Shown here piece by piece: positions 49,124 through 59,982 of a stretch of 64,000 nt of DNA. The stretch spans positions 256,001 through 320,000 of the forward strand of contig CAVZQN010000004.1 in assembly GCA_963777505.1 (NCBI GenBank). The letters are read 5' to 3'. Under the pieces are notes generated by a model, which saw only the letters and a list, made by a program, of their open reading frames with translations, ran no database searches and was not told the DNA's origin. The DNA is from an uncultured bacterium (GTDB lineage Bacteria; Acidobacteriota; HRBIN11; JAKEFK01). Every line of letters begins with the position of its first letter. The stretch's first letter is position 1. Both the position numbers and the translations under genes were made by a program.

Positions 49124-50674
49124 ATGTTTTACCGTTTGATCCAAAAAGCCCCAATATTCCTCTTTTTGAGTTTTCTCACTTTAGGGATCGCTTACGCTGA
49201 CAAAGGCCATGATGACGATGAAATTCTTCTTCAGCTTGCTCCGGGAGTTGACATCCGAACTATTGAAAATGATTACGATGTCGACACTGAAGAGACAGAT
49301 ATAGTTCCTGGCATTATCCCGCCAATTCACAAAGTCAAAGTGGACGATAAAGATGAACTTGAGTCAACCGTTCAGAGGATGCAAAAAGACAATAGGATTT
49401 TGAAAGTCGAACTCAATTTCCTAGGCGAGACGCCGGAAGGAGTACGCCGTACATTAGCAGTCATTGACACGACGCCTACGAAGTCAGAATACATTGATCA
49501 GAAAGCATTTGATCGTGTGAGAGGACGACAAGCAATTTCGCTTTCCAGAGGACAAGACGTGATTGTAGCTGTCATTGACACCGGCGTTGATTATAATCAC
49601 CCGCATCTTGCCGATCATATCCTCATGGATGATGACGAAGTTGTTGGCTACGATTTCGTGGATGATGATGAAGATCCAATGGATGAAGACAATGGTCTGG
49701 ATGATGATAATGATTCGCAAATTGATGAAGGCTCAGGACACGGAACTCACGTTGCGGGGATTATTGCGGTGCTTGCGCCAGGGGCTAAGATCATGCCGCT
49801 TCGCGTCTTAAATAGTGATGGGGTTGGAACCGTTGATCTTGTTGTTCAAGCTCTGAACTTTGTACAAGAGTTTGCTGATGACAATTCTGGTAAAGGGGAT
49901 GGTCCTTATATTCCTATCGTTGTCAATCTAAGCTTAGGACTTCCAGAACAATCCTTTACATTACTTGCAGCGCTTCGGGGAGTACTCAATGACGGAATTC
50001 CTGTCATCGCCTCCGCAGGAAATAGTAATTCCTCCGTAAAGCATTATCCCTCTGCCGGCGACATCGGGAGTCTTGATGTCATTGCCGTTTCTGCAACTGA
50101 CTCAAACGATAAGAAGGCAAGTTTTTCTAATTTTGGAAACTGGATCAATTTATCGGCACCTGGAGTTGGAATTTATAGTACGTTCATGAATTCTCGATTT
50201 GCGAAATGGGACGGCACTTCTATGGCAGCTCCTTTTGTCAGCGCGGAAACTGCTTTGATTATGTCCAGATTGTCTGCTCGAAATCCAGGCAAGGATTTGG
50301 AGCTAAATCAAATTCTCAGACCGCTCAAAGCTGGTACCGATTACATTTACGGCATCAATGCGAAATACAAAAAGAATAATCAGTTGGGAGCAGGAAGAAT
50401 TAATATGGAGAGTGCGGTTCGTATTGCGGGCGGAGCTGACATCCTAAGCGTCAAGACTGTTGTCTATGAACGCGATAGCAAGAAACTCTTGGTGGAAGTA
50501 AGCACATCAGCACCTCAAGCGATTCTGAGCATTCAAGGATTTGGAAAAATGAAGTACGATTCCGTAAAAGGTCATTATTCTTTCCAGAGATCCGGTGTGA
50601 ATCCTGCACCGTCTGTGATCACTATTAGATCATCCAAAGGTGGTCTCACATCTGCCAGGGTTGCGATGCAATAA
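49124..50674 (+). CDS. Secreted S8 subtilisin-like serine protease
   Basis: VAVIDTGVD, GHGTHVAG, SAGN, GTSMAAP; signal peptide. Confidence 0.95.
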   Translation: MFYRLIQKAPIFLFLSFLTLGIAYADKGHDDDEILLQLAPGVDIRTIENDYDVDTEETDIVPGIIPPIHKVKVDDKDELESTVQRMQKDNRILKVELNFLGETPEGVRRTLAVIDTTPTKSEYIDQKAFDRVRGRQAISLSRGQDVIVAVIDTGVDYNHPHLADHILMDDDEVVGYDFVDDDEDPMDEDNGLDDDNDSQIDEGSGHGTHVAGIIAVLAPGAKIMPLRVLNSDGVGTVDLVVQALNFVQEFADDNSGKGDGPYIPIVVNLSLGLPEQSFTLLAALRGVLNDGIPVIASAGNSNSSVKHYPSAGDIGSLDVIAVSATDSNDKKASFSNFGNWINLSAPGVGIYSTFMNSRFAKWDGTSMAAPFVSAETALIMSRLSARNPGKDLELNQILRPLKAGTDYIYGINAKYKKNNQLGAGRINMESAVRIAGGADILSVKTVVYERDSKKLLVEVSTSAPQAILSIQGFGKMKYDSVKGHYSFQRSGVNPAPSVITIRSSKGGLTSARVAMQ

Positions 50675-50805
50675 GGGCTCCGAACCGAAGAAGCTTAGTA
50701 TTTACACACCTTAAATCAGGACAAACGATGGCTCTAATTGAGCTAGATAAAACTCACAGCCGGCGATTATTCCGCAATCATATCCAGCAACGGCAGAATG
50801 TGAGC

Positions 50806-50872
50806 CCGGAAAAAGGCGAGCCTATGCAGCTCGCCTTCCCGAATTTCAGTTAATACGAAGATAGCCAACGGT
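50806..50872. repeat. 67-bp direct repeat, copy 2 (native 3' end and terminator of the 854-aa gene)
   Basis: Identical to 47711-47777; hairpin 50813-50837 with T-tract on the minus strand. Confidence 0.9.
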
Positions 50873-53410
50873 CACGGTTGTGGCTTTTGCTTGAAATGCA
50901 GCAGTTCCGAATGGTGTTGCTCCCGCCGGCATCGTAATTGCTAGAACATCATCCACAAATACTTCGAAGTTCGTTCCGTTAAAACTAACCTTCACTTTGT
51001 AAACCGTATTGGGGTTGATGATCCTTGTAGCCTTCTTGGTTGCAACAACATTGCCGTTCGAATACTGCTTCAGCGTCCACTTGTCATTGCCAGGATTCAA
51101 GTTGAGCTCTACAAAATTTTTCGAATCGTTGTACCAACCGCGAAGCCATACTTTTCCGCCTGCTGTTTTCATCGTAGTTTCAATTGTGCAATTTGTGCAG
51201 CCACTGAAAGCAGGCGAAAAGATAACCAACGCTTTTCCTGATGCACTTCCACTGAGTGAGCCGCCTGTCTCATTCCAATTTCCTTTTTGATAAGTGATGT
51301 CGGTGCGTAGAACATTGTCATCAAATTCATCGCTAAATTGGGATCCGGATCCAGCGTTAATTGTGATGTTGTAGGGTTGATCCGCAAAACATCCATTTGC
51401 ATCGCTGATTCGAATCGTAAACGGATATGATCCTCCAGCCGTAGGAGTGCCTGTAATCTTGCGTGTTAAGTTGTCCAGAAACAATCCCGGAGGCAACGTT
51501 CCAGAAAAAACTGTGGCTGTATAAGGCGCAGTACCGCCTGTTGCTGAGATTGTTCTGTTGTACGCAACCCCAACATTTCCTGCTGGCAATGTTGAAGGTG
51601 AAACTTGAATATTCGCTGTGCAGGTAAAAATGTCCATGGTGTAATATCGGGCGCCTGTGCATCCGTATCGATCCATGACTGAAACGAAGAAATCAAACGT
51701 TCCAGCTTGAGATGGAAATCCTGTTAGCCAGCCTCCACCATACAATACGAGTCCGGGTGGCAGGTTTCCAAAAAAGATACTGTACTCATAGGGTGCGGTT
51801 CCGTTATTCGTTGTTATGTCCTGGCTTACATATGCACCCACATTTGCATTTGTTTGTGGTAGTGGATCCAGATTTAGCGTGTTCCAGCATTGCAATGTAT
51901 GTGCTTGTATTGTGTAGTTGATTGTTCCTGCTGCGGCATTATTAACTCCAATCCACCATCGACCAACTTCGGTTCCGGTATCAATACATCTTTCTTCAGT
52001 TGTTCCAGTTCTTATAGATTTGCAATCATAATCGGTTGCTGTTGGCTTACGATTGAAAGCAATATAAAGATCAGCGTCCTTATTGAGATTAGTAAGTTCG
52101 ACAGAGAGTGATTGAAAAACATCTCTATCGATAAAGAAATAATCCCAAGTTGAATAGGGTGTAGGGGAGGAAATAGAATCATTAACAGGAACGCCATTTA
52201 CTAGCCGCGTTTCAATTAATGCTCCCCACCCAATTTGTAACGGTGTATCTTCACACAGAGCAGGATCCGTGTGTTTCATAATACAAGGACCAGTTTGCAG
52301 ACTGCATGATTCACAATTTCTATTTTGAACGGTAGGCCTTGGAGAAAAAGGTGTGCAGGGACCACAGGAACTACACTGACTGGCATATTCATCACATGCC
52401 CAGAAGATGTGTCCCGTTTCATGCGAAAAAATCCAGCCACCGTATCCCATACTTGTGTAAAGAAGCTGAGTGTAAGGGCCTCCAAAATACGCATATGCCG
52501 ACACTCCATTTGTGAAAGTCCCGGGAGAAGGTGCGTTGTAAGCAATAAACGCAGAATAAGCCCAGTCTGCGCCGGTATTCGCTCGAAGCGCCGTGTTGAA
52601 ATTAACTATGTTTGAATGACCAAGGTTAGCGGTGATGGCGCCGATCCAAAGATGATCGTCAACACTTGAATGCAGAATTGGTTCATAGGGCTGTTGACAG
52701 ATTGGACTCGTGGAGCTGTTAAATAAAACTGTAAAGCTAACACTGCTGCTATAAGAAGGAGCCTGTGCAGTCCACCATGCAAGGCCGCTTAATGCTGCGT
52801 TCTTTGTTTCTGTTTCGTGAGCTTGAGTCCATGTATATGTATTTGGATCAATTGCGCCATTGCTTTCTACAAAGAAAATTGCAACGGCAACTCTTCCGGT
52901 CATGCTATCGGAATTTCCAGAAACAGCATTGATCGCTGATGTGGAGATATCGTAGTCCTTCCATACAAGAGCATCATTTGTTAAAGGTTCCCGCTCGGTC
53001 GTTTCCTCTTTCATCTTGTCTTTTTCCATTGAACCGGAAACGACATAGTTAAAGAATCGAAGCCCGGAAAGGGTATTCTCATCTTCTGATACGAAAGAGT
53101 TGACGTCCACTTCTTTATCTGTAACAAATGAAATTCCGCGTTGGCCCTGTAATGTATTTTTTAAAGTCGGTGGTAACCAACCAAGCATGACCTGTGGAGG
53201 AATTACGATTGAAATTTTTCCACCAAGACTTTCAACATAATCTTGTGCTGCGATCGTGGAGGCAACGTCATTGCTTCCGAGTAACATCAAGGTATAACCT
53301 TTTGCCCATGAATCTTTTTGTATCGACAAACTGTGATCCTCATGAGCGAAAAGAATGTGTGAAAATCCAAACAGTGTCAGGAACAGTAGGTTCAAAAATT
53401 TCAGTTTCAT
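50846..53410 (-). CDS. Secreted zinc metalloprotease with PPC, two putative Ig (He_PIG-like) and C-terminal beta-sandwich domains
   Basis: Signal peptide, HETGHIFWACDEY, CIM Met-turn-like motif, DADLY (PPC), GTAPY...LPPGL repeats. Confidence 0.82.
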   Translation of the reverse strand: MKLKFLNLLFLTLFGFSHILFAHEDHSLSIQKDSWAKGYTLMLLGSNDVASTIAAQDYVESLGGKISIVIPPQVMLGWLPPTLKNTLQGQRGISFVTDKEVDVNSFVSEDENTLSGLRFFNYVVSGSMEKDKMKEETTEREPLTNDALVWKDYDISTSAINAVSGNSDSMTGRVAVAIFFVESNGAIDPNTYTWTQAHETETKNAALSGLAWWTAQAPSYSSSVSFTVLFNSSTSPICQQPYEPILHSSVDDHLWIGAITANLGHSNIVNFNTALRANTGADWAYSAFIAYNAPSPGTFTNGVSAYAYFGGPYTQLLYTSMGYGGWIFSHETGHIFWACDEYASQCSSCGPCTPFSPRPTVQNRNCESCSLQTGPCIMKHTDPALCEDTPLQIGWGALIETRLVNGVPVNDSISSPTPYSTWDYFFIDRDVFQSLSVELTNLNKDADLYIAFNRKPTATDYDCKSIRTGTTEERCIDTGTEVGRWWIGVNNAAAGTINYTIQAHTLQCWNTLNLDPLPQTNANVGAYVSQDITTNNGTAPYEYSIFFGNLPPGLVLYGGGWLTGFPSQAGTFDFFVSVMDRYGCTGARYYTMDIFTCTANIQVSPSTLPAGNVGVAYNRTISATGGTAPYTATVFSGTLPPGLFLDNLTRKITGTPTAGGSYPFTIRISDANGCFADQPYNITINAGSGSQFSDEFDDNVLRTDITYQKGNWNETGGSLSGSASGKALVIFSPAFSGCTNCTIETTMKTAGGKVWLRGWYNDSKNFVELNLNPGNDKWTLKQYSNGNVVATKKATRIINPNTVYKVKVSFNGTNFEVFVDDVLAITMPAGATPFGTAAFQAKATTVTVGYLRIN

Positions 53411-53535
53411 AATTGCCCTCCTTGGGCGCTGGCTTTATGCCGTCCTAAGTACATGCGCCTAATCAGGCTGGTTTACGCCACAAAGGAGGGACAATTTTTT
53501 TGTCGAGGAGCTTTACGTTTAATAAAGGAGTAAGA

Positions 53536-54000
53536 ATGAGATATATATTACTTGGGGTGATCTTTGTACTAATCGCTTTTTCAGTCTTAAATTCAGAGAC
53601 AGCTGCTCTGCAAGAACAAGAAATCAGAGAGCAGCTCCAGAAGTTTGAGAAAGCTTATGGCCAATTTGATGTCGACATATTGGAAAAATTGATCGCTGAC
53701 GATTACATTCATACGAATCTGGATGGTAGTGTTTTGAATAAGACGCAGTGGATCGAACGCCAAAAAATGCGCCAGGGTGAAATGAAGGCAGGGAAAATTA
53801 GAATCGATGCTTATCGTCACGATGACGTAAAGATCAGAATTTATGGGAATACTGCTGTCGTTACGGGCCAGGCTCTGTCCGCCGGCGTCAGGGAAGGCAA
53901 GGACTTCAACCTAAATTTGCGATTTACAAATGTATGGGTGGAGAACGAAAGCGGATGGCAAAGAGTCGCCTTTCACGATTCAGCGGTTTCTTCAAAATGA
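53536..54000 (+). CDS. NTF2-like (DUF4440) exported protein
   Basis: LIADDY, IRIYGNTAVVTG, RFTNVW...GWQRVAFH. Confidence 0.85.
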   Translation: MRYILLGVIFVLIAFSVLNSETAALQEQEIREQLQKFEKAYGQFDVDILEKLIADDYIHTNLDGSVLNKTQWIERQKMRQGEMKAGKIRIDAYRHDDVKIRIYGNTAVVTGQALSAGVREGKDFNLNLRFTNVWVENESGWQRVAFHDSAVSSK

Positions 54001-54056
54001 CATTGTGGATTTACTACCTATATATATAGCTACAGAATATGAACGATCTGAAACTC

Positions 54057-56402
54057 ATGAAAAACCTGATCATTATTATTCTTTGTTTTGGAATTTTGCC
54101 GTCATTTGCGAATGCTCAAACCACGGAAAATCCTAAGTCCATTATGGATGGCTTGAGCAATCATGGGAAAAACAAAGACCAGCCCTATATCACTGCGGGG
54201 GATCGCATCTACATTATCGGTACTCAGGATGGAAATTTTCCGGATCTCGGCAGACATGTTGAAGGTGAAATGGGTGGCTTATGGCTGCATCCTATCAAAC
54301 TTATAGATGGCTTTTGGGTAAAACTGACTGATGTTTCATCGGGCAAACAATCCTGGCTTTCAGAAGCAGAGGAATTCATTAATTATCCTTATGGCAATCG
54401 ACTGAAATATGCCGCGGTGCTGGATGGCATAGAAGCCGAACGTTTTCAATTTAGTCCAGATCGTCAGACAGGGATGATCATTCAATACTTCATTAAGAAT
54501 TCAACCAACACCAATCGATCAATTAAGCTGGAATTTTCAGTTAAGACTGACTTAAGTCCTGTCTGGTTGGCTGAAGAAATTGGAATCAAAGATCATCCAG
54601 ATAAAGTTGTATGGGAAGCCGCAAATAATTTCTTTTCGGCCAATGATACCGGCAACTCATGGCACGCCATATGGGGAGCCGCGAACACAAGCAGTGCGCA
54701 ATCAATCGCTGCCGATATTCCTGAAAAGACAATTGGTAAAGGAACTTCGGCTGCATCGGAATACAATCTCGCGATAAACAAAAACAGCACGACGACTTTG
54801 ACTTTCGTAATTGCAGGATCTCCAAAAAATAAAAAGGAAGCAGAAGATTCTTACAAATATCTTCTAAAGAACCATGAAAAATTGCTGGAAGAAAAAAAGA
54901 AATATTATGCCTCGATTATCAATCGGGCTCGAATAAACATTCCGGATCAGGCTCTGCAAGAAGTGTATGACTGGGTCAAAGTGAATAATGAATGGATGGT
55001 GAGAGAGGTGCCTGAAATTGGGCGTGGTCTCTCCGCAGGCTTTCCTGAATATCCATGGTGGTTCGGGTGTGATAACACCTATGCCCTTCAAGCCGTGATG
55101 GCCAGCGGCGATTTTGATCTGGCAAAGAAGACGTTGCGTTTACTGAAGAGTGAATCGATGAAAAAGAATGGCAATGGCAGGATTATTCATGAAGTCTCCA
55201 CCAATGGCGTTGTTTACAATCCTGGAAATACTCAAGAAACAGCTCATTTCATTATGGCAGTTGAAGAACTATTTCGATGGACCGGCGATATGGAATTCAT
55301 CAAGGAAATGTATCCGGTCATGAAGATGGGAATTCAATGGCTCCTGAACGATATGGATCAAAATAAGAATCTTTTTCCCGAAGGTTACGGAATCATGGAA
55401 GTGTATGGACTCAATGCTGAATTGATTGATGTCGCGGTGTATACGCAGCAGGCTTTAGGAGCGACAGCGCGAGTTGCCGGAATCCTGAACGAACCGAAGG
55501 TCCAAAAAGAATATGAACAAATTGCATCAACGCTTGCAACAAAAATCAACAAAGACTTTTGGGATGAGACAGAAGGTTCGTATACAGATTTCTATGGGAG
55601 CAAAGCTCAAGCGATCAGCGCTGCGGAAGGATCGATCACTCAAATAAAGCGGGACGTCGATGAACTGGAAAAAAACAAAAACCGCATTGCCTATTACGAA
55701 CGACTCAAGGAAAAATTTGCAGCAATGCCGGACGTAAGCAAAGGATGGACCACGAACAAAAATTGGGTCATCAATACTCCAATAGAAACTGGAATCGCTC
55801 CGGCAGAAAAAGCTCTGCCGCTCTTAGATAAGATCCGCAAAGAAAATGTGGGTGAATACGGCCCATTCCTTGCGGCCGTTGAAAGAAATGCAATGATGAC
55901 TATTTCTACCGGTGTACAAGCAGTCGCTGAAGCTCAATATGGACGCATCGATGAATCGCTTTGGTATGTAAACAAAATTGTTGAAACATTCAATCGGGTA
56001 ATCCCCGGTTCGATTTCGGAGATGATGCCGGATTATGGTGACTTCACCCAGGCCTGGACAGGTTACGGAATTGTCGTTCCAATTGTCCAGTATGTTTTTG
56101 GAATTCAACCGGATGCTTACAACAAGACAATTATTTTCGAACCACAATTGCCCAGCGGTTGGAACGATCTAAGCATCGAAAATGTGCCCGTTGGTGCAAA
56201 TATCATTTCATTTTCTCGATCAAAAACCGGCAAAGGTATCGAATACATTCTGAATAGCAAAGATGACGGTTGGAATATGATTTTGAAGTTAAAAGATTCG
56301 TCGGGCGCTAAATACTACTTAAACGGCAAAGCGGTACCCTGGAATTCAACTGGTTTACAGATGAAGGGCAAGTCGAATAAGCTCCTCATCCTTGGTTTAT
56401 AG
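54057..56402 (+). CDS. Secreted (alpha/alpha)6 glycoside hydrolase (amylo-alpha-1,6-glucosidase-like)
   Basis: Signal peptide, AGFPEYPWWFGCD, GRIIHE, GSISEMMP, QAWT. Confidence 0.8.
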   Translation: MKNLIIIILCFGILPSFANAQTTENPKSIMDGLSNHGKNKDQPYITAGDRIYIIGTQDGNFPDLGRHVEGEMGGLWLHPIKLIDGFWVKLTDVSSGKQSWLSEAEEFINYPYGNRLKYAAVLDGIEAERFQFSPDRQTGMIIQYFIKNSTNTNRSIKLEFSVKTDLSPVWLAEEIGIKDHPDKVVWEAANNFFSANDTGNSWHAIWGAANTSSAQSIAADIPEKTIGKGTSAASEYNLAINKNSTTTLTFVIAGSPKNKKEAEDSYKYLLKNHEKLLEEKKKYYASIINRARINIPDQALQEVYDWVKVNNEWMVREVPEIGRGLSAGFPEYPWWFGCDNTYALQAVMASGDFDLAKKTLRLLKSESMKKNGNGRIIHEVSTNGVVYNPGNTQETAHFIMAVEELFRWTGDMEFIKEMYPVMKMGIQWLLNDMDQNKNLFPEGYGIMEVYGLNAELIDVAVYTQQALGATARVAGILNEPKVQKEYEQIASTLATKINKDFWDETEGSYTDFYGSKAQAISAAEGSITQIKRDVDELEKNKNRIAYYERLKEKFAAMPDVSKGWTTNKNWVINTPIETGIAPAEKALPLLDKIRKENVGEYGPFLAAVERNAMMTISTGVQAVAEAQYGRIDESLWYVNKIVETFNRVIPGSISEMMPDYGDFTQAWTGYGIVVPIVQYVFGIQPDAYNKTIIFEPQLPSGWNDLSIENVPVGANIISFSRSKTGKGIEYILNSKDDGWNMILKLKDSSGAKYYLNGKAVPWNSTGLQMKGKSNKLLILGL

Positions 56403-56483
56403 GGAGCGCGGACATCTTGTCCGCATTACGGGCCGCAGGCATCCTGCCTGCAAGAAAAATTGCGGACTGGAAGCCTGCGCTCC
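56403..56483. repeat. REP-like element, family A
   Basis: Near-identical to 25875-25950; ends ggagcgc...gcgctcc. Confidence 0.8.
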
Positions 56484-56548
56484 GATGCGGTTTGAACTTA
56501 CTCACGCTATCCTCCGTATTTCAACATAGCATCATGGAGGGATAGCCC

Positions 56549-59010
56549 ATGGAATCACCAGCTAAAGATATTCGTTTCGGTTTGCGCGCCTTAAGAAAGA
56601 ATCCTGGATTTACAGTTCTCGCCATACTCGCATTGGCGTTGGGGATTGGCGCCAACACAGCAATCTTTAGTGTTGTGTACTCGCTTATGTTCCGGCCTTT
56701 GCAAGGAGCGGAAGACTCCAGCCGGCTTGTCACTTTGGGATTAACAGAAGGTACGAGCTATCCATACTCTCCTTCCTATATGGTGTATCAGGATTACCGG
56801 TCACTGAAGTCAGTATTTGCTGACGCAGCAGGATTTCAGATCACTCCCGCGCAATTACGAATCGCAAATCAAAATCCGGAACGCATTATGTTTTCACTTG
56901 TCTCCGGAAATTATTTCGATGTGCTGGGTGTGAAAATGGCTCACGGGAGAAAGTTCACTTCTGATGAAGCTCAAAGGATGGGGGCTGGAAATGTAGTAGT
57001 ACTTGGGTACAAGTTCTGGAAGAAGCGTTTCAACTCAGATCCAGCTGTCGTTGGTTCGATCATTCGATTGAACGGCAATTCTTTTACAGTGATTGGAGTT
57101 GCTTCCGCGAAGTTCAGTGAGAATTCTTCGTTAATGGAGCAAACTCTGTTTGTCCCGGTTACAGGTGCAGATTTTATTTCTCCTGAGTACTCAAAGAGTT
57201 TTACCCAACGCAGAGGAAGCGAGTTCAACTTTATTGGACGTCTGCGTGAGGGTATCAGTCTTGAGAATGCGCAAAGCGCAGTAACGTTGCAAGCATCGCG
57301 ACTGGAAGCTGCATATCCAGATGTTCATAAAGGACAACGTGCGATTGTTTACCCTGAGCCTCGTACCCGAATGGAACCCTCAGCAGCTCAATACATGCCA
57401 CCACTTGCACTGGTTTTTATGACGCTTGTTGGGCTTGTTTTGCTGGCGGCATGTGCGAATGTTGCCGGACTCTTTTACGCACGTGCATCTGGCAGACAAA
57501 AAGAAATCGCAATCCGGCTGGCGCTGGGAGCAGGAAGATGGCGTATCCTTCGTCAGCTAATAACGGAGAGTCTTCTGCTTTCAATCATCGGAGCGATCGC
57601 CGGAATATTTTTGGCTTACTGGCTATTATTTTTGCTTTCCAATATCCGCTTTGCAACTGATCTCAAGTTGGATTTTAATTTCGCTCTCGATACGACAGTT
57701 CTCACATTTTCACTGATTCTGGCTGTCTTCAGTGGTTTGCTTTCAGCAATTATGCCGGGCCTCCGAATTTCCACTGCTAATCTCGCAGGAACGCTGAAGG
57801 AAGGAGGGAAGACCTCTACGCGTGGCTCTGTGCGGCAAAGATTGCGCGATGCGCTGGTCGTGGTACAGGTCGCTGTTTCGCTCGTGCTTCTGGTTTGCTC
57901 AGGCCTTTTTCTACGCGCGACTCAGAATGCCGCACAGCAGGATCTCGGAATCCAAACCGCAGGACGTCTCATCATGGCAACTGACACAGAATTGATCGGA
58001 TACGATGAGTCAAGAAGCCTTTCTTTCTACCGGCAGATGTTGGAGCGAGTGCGCAACGATGCCTGGTGTGGAGAGAGCTGCATTGGGACGTTACCTTCCG
58101 ATCGGATTTCAAAATGGTGTGAATGAAGTCTTTATTGAAGGCAGACCGAGTAAAAACGATCGCACAGATTACGCATACTTCAATATAGTTTCTACCGATT
58201 ATTTTCAGACTATAGGGATGCCTTTGTTGCAAGGGAGAGTATTTTCGGAAAATGATCGAGAAGGCAGCAAGCCCGTTGTAATTATTAATGAAGCAATGGC
58301 AAACGATATACTGGCCGAAACAGAATCCTATCGGTAAGCGGTTCCGTTTTGACAATGCGACGGCAACACCTGTCGAAGTGATTGGTATCGTAAAGACGGC
58401 AAAGTTTTCGCTGCCTGCAGAAAAGCCGATGCGAGGCTTTTATTTGCCTTTCAGTCAGAACCCGAGACCCGATATGGTGCTGCATGTGCAAACGATGCGC
58501 GATCCGAAAAAAATGATTGCAGCAGTTCGCACGCAGGTGCTGAATATCGATCCGGAAGTACCACTTTGGGATGTTCGTACATTGGAAGAACATATCCGTT
58601 ACGGAAAGATGCGTTTGTACGATGTTGCAACCGGGATCATTGGAGGCTTCGGTTTAATTGCTTTGGCCCTGGCTGGCGTCGGTTTATATGGTGTAATGGC
58701 ATTCCTTGTAAATCAACGGATGAATGAAATTGGAATTCGAATGGCATTGGGCGCTTCCCGCAGGAAGATTTTGAATACAGTGTTTTCAAGCGGCATCAAG
58801 AAGACATTGCTTGGACTCGTTCTTGGTGCACCCCTTGCATTTGTTGCAATGCGGGCAGTCCAGTATTTGCTGGTTGGTGTATCGCCGAATGATCCCTGGA
58901 CAATTCTGATCGCTTCTACTTTCTTAATCATTGTTACACTATTGGCTGTCTTTGTGCCGGCCTGGCGAGCGACTCAAGTTGATCCGGTAATTGCATTGCG
59001 CAACGAATAA
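56549..59010 (+). CDS. ADOP-type duplicated ABC permease; frameshifted near 58055 and 58300
   Basis: LALGIGANTAIFS, KEIAIRLALGA, NEIGIRMALGA; three overlapping ORFs reconstruct one ADOP. Confidence 0.85.
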
Positions 59011-59289
59011 GACTTAAGCGGCCCGGCCGCAATTCAGATTTCGGATTTCAGATTTCGGATTGAAATTGAATGATGTTTTGATTGAAATGCCTGTCAATGG
59101 CCCGCTTACTGAACAGGACTGAATACAGTTTATGAAAAATTTAATGATTTCCTTTTCTTTCTTATTTTTTTCTGTATGAGGGAGCTCGCTTACGAAGCTT
59201 TACCTGTAGTTAGCATTTCTATCAATCCTGCAATCAAAAATTTCAATCTGAAATCTGACAAACGAAATTCTGGTGTAGACTTTTCTTCA

Positions 59290-59982
59290 ATGGATTGGCT
59301 ATGGTACGTAATTCCTATCCTCATCATGGCCGCGACTTTATTTTTTAAGATACGGCGTCAGTCTCAATTCAAAAAAAACCTTCCATTGATTGCGGAATCG
59401 TTAGGTTTGAAATATTTGGACCGTGTCGATCAGTTACCGGAACGGATTGCCGAAGAAACGGATCTTCCGTCAGCATTGTCGAATTCAGAAAACGTAAAAG
59501 CGATTCAGAAGTATGCGAGAGTCATATCGATCTGGCGGATCGAAGGCGAATTCAATGGTGTCAAAGTGGGAATCTATCCGCGCGTAATTCGTAATTACAA
59601 AAAAAGTCAATCCGGATACACTCGCCTGAATGCTTACTTTGCGCAACCGAAGACTTTAGGAATTACAATCTCCAACATGGGAAATACTCCGCTTGGAAAA
59701 CCAGAAATCGCGATAGAAAACTTAAACAAGAAAATAATAATCAAGGGTGTTGATGAAGCGAACACACGACAACTGCTGAGCGATTCCGATCTTCAACGTG
59801 CAATTACTTCTGCTTTCGAATTCAGTCCACAGTTGGTCATCGATGACAATGGCGCATATCTGGATAAACACGGACCTCCGCCTTTGGAAGCTGCTTACTA
59901 CAGACAGGCGTTGGATCATCTGACGCGCATTATTCTCGCGTTTGAAAATCGCTGCCGATTCCTCAATCTCACTAGTGATTAA
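59290..59982 (+). CDS. Hypothetical protein with N-terminal membrane anchor
   Basis: TM helix after MDWLW; upstream ORF extension overlaps repeat DNA. Confidence 0.6.
   Translation: MDWLWYVIPILIMAATLFFKIRRQSQFKKNLPLIAESLGLKYLDRVDQLPERIAEETDLPSALSNSENVKAIQKYARVISIWRIEGEFNGVKVGIYPRVIRNYKKSQSGYTRLNAYFAQPKTLGITISNMGNTPLGKPEIAIENLNKKIIIKGVDEANTRQLLSDSDLQRAITSAFEFSPQLVIDDNGAYLDKHGPPPLEAAYYRQALDHLTRIILAFENRCRFLNLTSD

Noticed and set aside
49620-49740. Asp-rich low-complexity stretch in the subtilase
   Set aside because: Acidic Ca-binding-type insertions before the catalytic His are common in S8 proteases
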